The notes under the pieces are model-generated. The model was not told the DNA's origin. It saw only the letters and a list, made by a program, of their open reading frames with translations, and did no database searches. A stretch of 64,000 bases of DNA. Source: an uncultured Planctomycetaceae bacterium (lineage in GTDB: Bacteria > Planctomycetota > Planctomycetia > Planctomycetales > Planctomycetaceae). Positions 54,084-64,000 of the stretch are shown in pieces. The stretch spans positions 192,001 to 256,000 of the forward strand of contig CAWFAK010000009.1 of assembly GCA_963813715.1 (NCBI GenBank), read 5' to 3'. Both the position numbers and the translations under genes were made by a program. The number at the start of each line of letters is the position of its first letter. Positions within the stretch are counted from its first letter, which is position 1.

Positions 54084-54513
54084 CGTCTGTTTCTGTGCCG
54101 ACACCCGGTCGAGGCGATGGGATCGCGCCGACCATTTTGTCGCGGCGTGATTGTACCGCGGCTCAAACGCGCCTGCCACGGGGGTTATTCCGGTGGGGCC
54201 ACTCCGGCACCGCGGTTTGGCGCCACCGAGATGCGATGAATTGGGAGTGTCAGCTGCGGGTTGCGACCTTCCGGCGGCCAGCGGACCGGAGTGGCGGGGG
54301 GCGACGCTTCGGTACGCGCGGTCAGCCCATTACGCTGGCACCCGGCGTTCGATCGGCCAAAGTTGCCGAAATGTAATCGGATCTCCGGCCCCCAGGAGCT
54401 TTGGACGGGGTTTGTTGATTTAGGGGCCCGTTCAGCGAAAATGAAGTGAGAGCACTTCGTCCCAATCTCGATGTCGCAGTCTCGATGTCCCAGTCTCGAT
54501 CGAGGTCGTCATA

Positions 54514-54987
54514 ATGCAGCCAGCGCGCGTTGCCGTTGCCGCCACCGTTTTGCTCACTGTCGCCGTCGCGTTCCCCTCCCCTTCCCAGGCCCAAAACCCG
54601 TATCGCCAAAACCGCCGCAACGCCCTCAGGGCCAGTCGGCCCTATATGCCCGCGGGAGCCTACGGGGCTCGGCCGGCCAACCCGGCCGACGTGCAGGCGG
54701 TGACCCAGGCGTATCGACTGCTGGAGCAAGCCGACCACGACTATCAGGGGCATCGCGCCAAGGCGATGAAGCACCTCCACCAGGCGGGCAAGGTCCTCGG
54801 AGTGATGTTGAAGGGGGACGGCAAGACCAAGGAACAGCAGGGAACGTCGGACGAGCTGCTCAAACAGGCCCAGACCGTTCTGCAGAAGTTCAACGCGAGC
54901 GGAGCGTCCGGCGTGCGTCACAACAAGGCCATGACCCACATCCAAAACGCCCTCGGCGAGCTCAATACGGCCCTGACGATTAAGTGA
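54514..54987 (+). CDS. Secreted helical hypothetical protein
   Basis: Signal peptide; ADHDYQGHRAKAM motif; terminator follows. Confidence 0.65.
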   Translation: MQPARVAVAATVLLTVAVAFPSPSQAQNPYRQNRRNALRASRPYMPAGAYGARPANPADVQAVTQAYRLLEQADHDYQGHRAKAMKHLHQAGKVLGVMLKGDGKTKEQQGTSDELLKQAQTVLQKFNASGASGVRHNKAMTHIQNALGELNTALTIK

Positions 54988-55046
54988 AGTCTGGTGCGGC
55001 TTGGCGGCGGCAACGTCGACCTTTCGCCCGTACTCCGCCAGTTTTT

Positions 55047-55080
55047 GGGGCGGGCTCACCGAAGCCTGCCCCGTTTTTTT
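55047..55080 (+). terminator. Intrinsic terminator
   Basis: GGGGCGGGCT-CACCGA-AGCCTGCCCC-G-TTTTTTT. Confidence 0.8.
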
Positions 55081-55130
55081 GCGCCTGGGGGAACTTGCCC
55101 GCGAGGTGCTCGATTCATCGGCGAGACCGT

Positions 55131-55871
55131 TCAGGTGCTCTCGGCTCGTTCCGGAAGACCGTCGAACAGGCTTGTGCCGACGCGGATCATGGTGGCTCCC
55201 TCTTCGATCGCCACCGGAAAATCGCCACTCATGCCCATCGACAGCTCGCCGAGCGGAGGCGAGCCGGGGCGGGCCGCCAGCTCATCGCGGAGCATTCGCA
55301 GTCGGCGAAAGGTGGGCCGTGCCGTTTCGGCGTCGTCCCCGAGCGGAGCCATCGTCATCAGCCCGGCCAGCTCGACTTGGGCCAACGCGCAGAGCTCGAC
55401 CCAGTTGGTACGCACCTGATCGGGCGAAAAGCCATCTTTCGATCCTTCGCCCGAGACGTTGACCTCGAGCAGCAGTCGCGGCCGCAAACCCAGCTCGGCC
55501 GACATAGCGTCGATCCGGGCGGCGAGCGGCAGACTGTCGATCGAGTGCAGGCACCCGGCCACCGTGAGCACTTTGCGGACTTTATTCCGCTGCAAATGGC
55601 CGATCAGGTGCCAGCGAATCGGCTCAGCTGCCGCGCGGCCTCCCTCAAGTGCGGAGGCCCGTTCCAGCAGCTGTTGCGGCCGGCTCTCGCCCAGGTCGCG
55701 CACGCCCAGAGCGACGAGCGACTCGATCCATTCGATCTTGGCCGATTTGGTCACGCCGACCAGCAGCACGTCGTCGGCCGAACGGCCGGAGCGGCGACAG
55801 GCGGCCTCGATCTCCTCACGAATCCGGGCCAGATTCTCCGCGATCCGAGCCTCGATGGTGGTCATGGCCAT
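55131..55871 (-). CDS. yggS: PLP homeostasis protein YggS/PLPBP
   Basis: VGVTK, LGESR, WHLIGHLQRNK, GLMTMAP, LSMGMSGDF, IRVGT. Confidence 0.93.
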   Translation of the reverse strand: MAMTTIEARIAENLARIREEIEAACRRSGRSADDVLLVGVTKSAKIEWIESLVALGVRDLGESRPQQLLERASALEGGRAAAEPIRWHLIGHLQRNKVRKVLTVAGCLHSIDSLPLAARIDAMSAELGLRPRLLLEVNVSGEGSKDGFSPDQVRTNWVELCALAQVELAGLMTMAPLGDDAETARPTFRRLRMLRDELAARPGSPPLGELSMGMSGDFPVAIEEGATMIRVGTSLFDGLPERAEST

Positions 55872-56001
55872 CAGCTTCCCGGCGTGCGAAGTCGCGGAGC
55901 GACCGAGCTGATTGCATCAATCTCACACGCGCTGCGGCCCACCCCCCACCGAGCGGGGGCAAGCGAGTTTCGTCTTCCGACCGGTGTTGCTCGTGCCCGA
56001 C

Positions 56002-57371
56002 TCAGTCGTTCCGCAGCCGCAGGCCCATCTCGGTCAACTTGGCCCGCACTTCGTTGAGCGACGTCACGCCGAAGTTGCGAACCGACAGCAGCTCGTCGGC
56101 CGTCTTGGAAACGAGTTCGCCGATGGAGACCAGGCCCAATCGCGACAGGCATTTTCTGGCCCGGACCGACAGGTTGAGGTCACCGACCGGCGCTTCGAGC
56201 ACCGCCTGCTCCTGCGGGGAAACGGTTTCCGGCGCGAAAATCGGCGCGGCCAGCGGCGAACGCGACGCGAACTGCCCGATCGACAACCCGCGGGTCTTGA
56301 GGATGTCGCGGATTTCCCGTAAGGACGTCTCGCCGAAATTCTTGCTGGAGAGCAGATCGTGCTCGCTGATGGCGGTCAGATCGCCCAGCGTCTCGATGCC
56401 GGCTCGTTCGAGGCAGTTGCGGCTGCGGGCTGAAAGCTCGAAGTCGCCAATCGGGATCCGCATCACCTGCTCCAGCTCGCGCTGGTGGCGCACGGCATCC
56501 TCGTCGTAGTACATATTGCCCGCCGCCTGAATGTCCTTCAGGTACAACTGGGCCCGTTCGTGGTTCGGATAAAACTGCAGCACGCGGCTGAAGCAGAACG
56601 CGGCCGCCGGGTAACGCTCCTTGTCTTCATAGAGCAGTCCCAGGTTGATCAGCGCCCCGATGTAGAACGGCGGGCGTGACAGCGCCTGTTCGTACAGCCG
56701 GATGGCGTCGTCATCGTTGCCGAGGAGGTTCATCTCGTTGGCCAGGCGGAACAGGGCCGCCGTGTGATGCGGATCCATGTCGACGGTCCGCTCGAAATAC
56801 TCGATGGCGCCGAAGATGTCTCCGTGGTCGGCGCGGATGCAGCCCATCTGGTACGAGTATTCGGCGCGAGTGGCCGCCTCGCGGGCCGACTCCCGCAACA
56901 GTCGTTCAGCTTCCTCGATCTTGCCCGAAAGCCGGATGGCGCCGGCCTTGGAGAGCTTGGACTGAATCGGGTCGTAGCCCTGCTTGGCCGCTTCCTCGAA
57001 GGCCTCGGCCGCTTCGGCATAGTCCTGCTGTCCCAACAGCACCATACCGCGGTAATAGTCGGCGATGCCGACTCCGGAGATATTGCTCAAGTATTTGAGA
57101 GCCAGGTGATGCTGCCCGAGCAGGTAGGCGACGATCCCGGCGACAATCAGCGTCCGCTGCGGCGGATTGGGATCGTCGGCCTGATCGCGCAGCTCGGCAA
57201 AGCTTTGCCGCACGGCCGACAGGCCGTCGCCCCCCATCGCGTGCCGCAAATTGGCGACTTCCTGCGCACCGAATTCCGGCGCGTTGAAGATCTGCGCCGG
57301 ACGTCGACGGGCTCAGTGGGTGCCAGGGGTGCGATTCCACGAATCGGAGCGGCAACTCCTGGACGAATCAT
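56002..57371 (-). CDS. TPR protein with two RNA polymerase alpha-CTD domains (frameshift ~57297)
   Basis: TPR repeats; FELSARSRNCL..NFGETSLREI and LNLSVRARKCL..NFGVTSLNEV. Confidence 0.88.
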
Positions 57372-57619
57372 GCGAATTCTCCTCGCGAACGGAAGAAAGT
57401 TTGGACGTGCGGGGCCCCGCGAACGGTTCCCGAGGGAATTATCGCGGGGCTGTCAAACGAACCGGTCGCAAGGCCGGTGCAGGGGTCGCACGGAATTCGG
57501 GGGGAGACGCCGGCGACCAGGGCGACTCTTGGGGTCCGGGCGGCCGGTTCGCTCGGTCCGGCTAGTTCGATCACGCCGGACCGGCTCAGCCACCACGGAC
57601 GACTATTCTTCAAAGACGG

Positions 57620-57904
57620 CTATTCTTCAGAGACGTACGGCAACAGCCCCATGAACCGGGCCATCAGCACTGCACGGCGGACCGCCCGCTGATACTTCGC
57701 GCAGTTTCCCGTGCGGCGGCGCGACTGAATGTGCCCCTCGCGATCGATCATCAGCCGCAGGGTCTTCAGATCCTTGAAATCGACGTAAATCGGTCGAGGC
57801 GAGTGATTGCACCCGTCCGGACAGAAGCGGCAACGCAGTTTCTTCTTGAGGCGGGCGCGCTTTTTCCGGCGCTTCCTGATCTCGATACGATTCAATGTCG
57901 CCAT
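57620..57904 (-). CDS. rpsR: 30S ribosomal protein bS18
   Basis: [34 protein letters not shown]. Confidence 0.93.
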   Translation of the reverse strand: MATLNRIEIRKRRKKRARLKKKLRCRFCPDGCNHSPRPIYVDFKDLKTLRLMIDREGHIQSRRRTGNCAKYQRAVRRAVLMARFMGLLPYVSEE

Positions 57905-57956
57905 GTTCGGTCGATACCTTCTCCGCAAATACGCACAAGCCCGGGTCGAAACCGGA

Positions 57957-57985
57957 ATTATGGAGGCCCGGCCGACATCTTGCAA
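57957..57985 (-). promoter_or_regulatory. Sigma-70 promoter of rpsR
   Basis: TTGCAA-N17-CATAAT on the minus strand. Confidence 0.6.
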
Positions 57986-58204
57986 GCCTGGAAAAGAGCG
58001 GCCCGTCGGTCGAGAATGCCCGGTAGCCCCATTCCCAGTCGAGCGTCGCCGGCTAGAGCTTTGGCTCCGACGGAATTGTAGCGGGTAGGGAAAGTGTTCG
58101 GGGGCCGCGGTGGACCGACGGGACACTATTCTCCCGGCGGCTGGTGCCATCAGCTGTGTTCGTGACGATTTGGACGGAACACTGTTGGGAACGAGGGAAA
58201 CCTG

Positions 58205-58907
58205 TTGACCGCTAACGATTCTAAGGCCGTGATTTTTGATATGGATGGCGTGCTCATCGACTCGTATCGGGCACACTTCGAGAGTTGGCAGGCGGTGGCG
58301 GCCGAGCACGAGCGCGTCTATACCGAAGAGCAGTTCGCCGCGGGGTTTGGCCGGACGAGCCGCGAAGTCATCGCTGAGCAGTGGCAGGGCGAGCCCCTCT
58401 CGGACGAGCGGATCGCGGAGATCGACCGTCGCAAGGAATGGCTCTTTCGCGAAATCATCAGTGCTGACTTCCCCGCGATGGCGGGAGCGGTCGAGTTGAT
58501 CGCAATCGCTGGTGAGCGCCGGATTTCGAGTGGCCGTCGGCTCGTCCGGGCCCGCGGAGAACGTACAGCTAGCGATCGAGCGGCTCGGGGTCGGCCGGCT
58601 GCTTTCGGCCACGGTCACCGGCAACGATGTGAAACGCGGCAAGCCCGACCCGCAGGTGTTTCTAACCGCAGCCGCCCGCATGCAGGTGCCACCCGCGCGC
58701 TGCGTCGTCGTGGAGGATGCGCCGGTCGGGGTGGAGGCCGCCCATCGCGGCGGCATGCGCGCTGTCGCGCTTGCCAGCACCGGGCGCACGGTCGAACAAC
58801 TGCGCGCGGCCGAGCTGGTGGTGAAGTCGCTGTGCGAACTGTCGCCGCAGCGATTCGAAGAACTGCTGCGGGGAAGCGTCGGAGAATCCAGCGTTCTGAC
58901 GAAGTGA
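58205..58907 (+). CDS. HAD-family phosphatase (beta-PGM-like; frameshift ~58505)
   Basis: [32 protein letters not shown]. Confidence 0.88.
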
Positions 58908-58928
58908 ACCGAAGCGGAAGAGAAAGAA

Positions 58929-58955
58929 CCGGCGGCCTGACACCCGCCGCTCGCC
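58929..58955 (+). repeat. REP-like repeat (CCGCTCGCC family)
   Basis: CCGGCGGCCTGACACCCGCCGCTCGCC; related to 40111 and 60747. Confidence 0.55.
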
Positions 58956-59020
58956 TTTCGGCTGGCAAACTGCACGCGTTGAACCGATGATGTGAGCCAA
59001 CATCTTCAGGGAGACCGACC

Positions 59021-60607
<1,587 letters not shown>

Positions 60608-60647
60608 CGGCCCGACGGACGATTTTGTTCGTCGCATTCCCCTTCGA

Positions 60648-60770
60648 GGCGAGCGGCCGGTGCGGGCACCCGTGGCAAGCCACGGGTGCGGCCGGTTCTT
60701 GCGCTTTCTTGCTGTTTGATGTGTGAAGAATTCAATTCCGAAGACTCGGGGGGCTGACGCCCCCCGCTCG
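60648..60770. repeat. REP-like palindromes
   Basis: CACCCGTGGC-AA-GCCACGGGTG hairpin within a GGCGAGCGG unit; CGGGGGGC-TGAC-GCCCCCCG hairpin at 60747-60766. Confidence 0.6.
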
Positions 60771-60903
60771 GAGCTAGTGCGCGATTTCGCGTTCGGTGGG
60801 CAACGTTGAGATCCGTCCGCGGCCGGTTTAGGCTGAACGTCCGCCCCGCACGCCCCCGCCGGACTTTCGATCCTGCCCGTCTCGCCCGGAGTCTTTGCCA
60901 CCC

Positions 60904-63900
60904 ATGCTCACACGCAGGCTGCTTTCGGCCGTGCTGACTGCCGTGGTCCTTGCGGTCGCGACCAACGCGCACGCTACCGATCCCGCGAAACCGGCATCGG
61001 TGGACTCGCACGCGTCAGATCTGAGCGAGAACGAGGTCCGCGCACTCCAAGGCCCGAAAGCTCTCACGCCGGCCGAGGCGATCAAGCGATTCAGCATCGC
61101 CGACGGGCTCGAAGTGCGGCTGGTGGCCAGCGAGCCGCTGGTGAAGCAACCGGTGTCGATCACCTTCGACGACCGCGGCCGCTTGTGGGTGCTGCAGTAT
61201 CTGCAGTATCCCGTGCCCGAGGGTCTCAAGCCGGTGGCCGTCGACGAGTACCTCCGCACCAAGTACGACCGCCGACCCGATCCGCCGCCCAAAGGGCCGA
61301 AAGGACGCGACCGTCTCACGATTCTCGAAGACACGAACGGCGACGGCGTGATGGACCACGCCAAGGACTTTATCGGCGGGCTCAACCTGGCTTCGGGATT
61401 CGCGATCGGCTACGGCGGCGTGTTCATCGCGCAGCCCCCTTACCTGCTCTTCTATCCCGACGCCAACGGCGACGACGTGCCCGACCGCGACCCCGAAGTG
61501 CTGCTGACCGGCTTCGGCATGGAGGACGCCCACGCGTTTGCCAACTCGCTCACCTGGGGTCCCGATGGCTGGCTGTACGGCGCGCAAGGGAGCACGGTCA
61601 GCGCCAACATTCGCGGCATCGAATTTCAGCAAGGCATCTGGCGCTATCACCCCAAGACGAAACAGTTCGAACTCTTCGCCGAGGGGGGCGGCAATACCTG
61701 GGGCATCGATTTCGATCGCTTCGGCAACTTGTTCGCCGGCGGCAACACGCTCGAGCCGCTGTGCCATCACGTGCAGGGGGCCTATTACGTCAAAGGATTC
61801 GGCAAGCACGGCCCGCTGCACAATCCCTACTCGTTCGGCTATTTCCCGCCGGTCGAACACAAGGGGCCCTTCGGCGGCGGACTGACGGGCGGCAACGTGA
61901 TCTATCAGGGAACCGCCCTTCCCGAGCGATTCACCAACGTCTGCATCTGCCCGAACATCCGGCAGAATGCCGTCCGCTGGTATCCGTTCGAGACCAAGGG
62001 CAGCACATTTGCCACGCTCCAAGGAGGTCACGGCGGACACGAGGGCGATTTTCTCACGTCGAGCGACCCCTGGTTCCGCCCGGTCGACATGACGGTGGGA
62101 CCGGACGGCGCGGTTTACATTGCCGACTGGTACGACATCCACCTGAGCCACGCCAGCCCGGTCAATCGCAGCCAGTGGTACATGCCCAGCCGTGACGACG
62201 GTCGCATTTGGCGAGTCGCCGCCAAGGGGGCCCGGACGCTACAACAGGCGCGAGAGACCAGCACCGCGCAGGCGGCGCCGCCGGGCAAGCCACTGTCAAA
62301 ACTGTCGCCGCACGAAATCGTCGCCCTGCTCGACCAGCCGAACTCGTGGCAGCGCCGCGAGCTTTGGCCCTTTCTTGGCGAGCGGGCCGATCCTGGGCTG
62401 GTCTCCGCGTTTCGGCAGCGATTTGAATCGACTCAGGACGAAGTGAAGGCAGTCGAAGCCCTCTGGGCGGTCTTCTTGTGCGGCGGCCTCGACGACGCGT
62501 TCGCCGCGCGGCGCTGGAGCATCCGGCGCAATCAGTCCGCGCCTGGACCGTCCGCCTGTTGGCCGACAAACAAGCTGTCTCCCAGGATCTGGCCGCTGAT
62601 TTTGTGCGATTGGCGAAGTCCGATCCGAGCTGCGTCGTCCGCAGCCAGTTGGCCTGCAGCGCCAAGCGTCTCTCAGGCAAGCAGGGATTGCCAATCGTCG
62701 CGGAGCTGATGCGGCGCGACGAAGACGCCCATGACCCGCACATTCCGCTGCTCATCTGGTGGGCCATCGAGAGCAAAGCTCTCTCAGACCGCGACGCCGT
62801 ACTCGCCCTGCTCGACACACCGAAGACGTGGCACCGGCCGATCGTCCGCGATGTATTAGTCGAACGCTTAGCCCGGCGTTATCTGGCTGCGGGCGACGAC
62901 GGAGGCTACGCCGCCTGTGCGTGGCTGCTGAATCACGCCCCAACGCCCGCCGACACCGAGCGGATCGTCGCCGGGATGGAAATCCAGCTTGCAGGCCGAC
63001 GCTTCGACCACGTTCCCGCCGAGCTGGCGGCTCCGCTGCGAAAAATCGCGGAAAGCCCGTCGCCCTCGCCGGCCGCCTTGTGCCTGGCCCTGCGCTTGGG
63101 AAGCAACGAGGCGTGGCCCAAGCTGACAGCACTCGCGAAGAATCATTCCGCGCCGCTGGTCGACCGTTTGAAAACGATCCGCGCGTTATCCGAGGCGGGT
63201 CCTTCCAAGACGGCCGACGAACTCCTGCCGCTCGTGGAAAAAGGTCAACCCGACGCGATCGCCGACGCCGTGCTGACGGCCCTCGGGCACTTCAGTGACG
63301 AGTCGATCGGCCAGCGACTGCTCGAACGCTGGCAGGATCTGCCCGGCTCGCGCCGCGAAAAGGTCGTCGATGCGCTCGTGAGCCGCCGGGCGTGGACGCA
63401 TCAGCTGCTGGCCGCGGTGGCCGCCGGCCGCGTCGATCCGAAGATCGTCTCCGTCGACCAGGTCCGCCACATGCTGTTGCACAAAGACCCCGACATTTCC
63501 CGCGACGTCGCGGCCCGCTGGGGCAGCGTCCGCGGCACCACGCCGCGCGAGAAGCAAGGGCGGATCAACGCGATTTCGATCATGCTCTCCAAAGGCCCCG
63601 GACATCCGAAAGAGGGGCACGGCCTCTTCACCAAGCACTGTGCGATCTGCCATCGCCTCTACGGGGAGGGGAACCAGGTCGGCCCCGATCTGACGGCGGC
63701 CGACCGCAAGAACCTGAGCGTGCTCTTGCCGAACGTGGTCGATCCGAGCGCCGTGATTCGACCGGAGTTCCGCGCTTATAACGTGGTGCTGCACGACGGG
63801 CGGATTCTGGCCGGACTCTTGGCCGACTCCAATGCAGAAACGATCACGGTGCTCGACGCGAAGAATCAGCGGACAGTGATCAAGCGCGTCGACGTCGAGG

Positions 63901-64000
63901 AGCTGCGGGCCTCGGACCTGTCACTCATGCCCGAGAACGTCCTGACGCCGCTCAACAACCAGGAAATTCGCGACCTGTTCGCGTACCTGCGATTGAAGTA
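60904..64000 (+). CDS. PVC-type membrane-bound dehydrogenase / heme-binding CxxCH protein (frameshift ~62510; runs off window end)
   Basis: LVASEPLVKQPVSITFDDRGRLWV, WGPDGWLY, FRPVD..VGPDGAVYIADWYD, HEAT-like repeats, CAICH and GPDLT near 63640-63695. Confidence 0.9.

Larger units (their letters stand above)
46038..54319. mobile_element. Putative genomic island bounded by ~313-bp direct repeats (46038-46350 and 54007-54319) containing tRNA-Pro
   Basis: Direct repeat visible in sequence; interior looks less GC3-biased; no integrase seen. Confidence 0.65.

Noticed and set aside
57620..58975. 451-aa ORF ending in bS18
   Set aside because: The N-terminal extension is antisense to the HAD gene; a good promoter and ATG at 57904 define the real start.

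Overview
High-GC chromosomal segment, most likely from a planctomycete. This is inferred from a PVC-type CxxCH dehydrogenase, a TPR/RNA-polymerase-alpha-CTD protein, a short SecA paralogue and planctomycete-style palindromic repeats. Housekeeping genes include coaD, three hsp20, tRNA-Gly-tig-clpP-clpP, an orphan parB with three parS-like sites, yggS, rpsR and zwf. Accessory genes include pqaA-SDR-SDR-pqaA-ceramidase, a hydroxyproline catabolic trio plus an IDO-family gene, and an RRM/DEAD-helicase/desaturase module. About 20 genes, including essential ones, carry single-base frameshifts, which most likely reflect long-read assembly error. Three structures stand out. (1) A family of non-coding GTCCC/GTCCGGAC-rich elements occurs three times. 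Each starts right after a stop codon and ends in a shared CCAAGATCAGTTT block, and in two cases it is followed by a diverged duplicate of the host gene's 3' region, giving an att-like layout with or without cargo and with no integrase in view. (2) A ~7.6 kb metal-related island (7-1-7 operator, His/Cys protein, DUF58, transglutaminase, MoxR, permease-YHS) is bracketed by a 313-bp direct repeat containing a complete tRNA-Pro and its upstream region. (3) A decayed DUF559 endonuclease sits between inverted palindromic repeats that also occur as solo copies. All calls are by eye from motifs; no searches were run.
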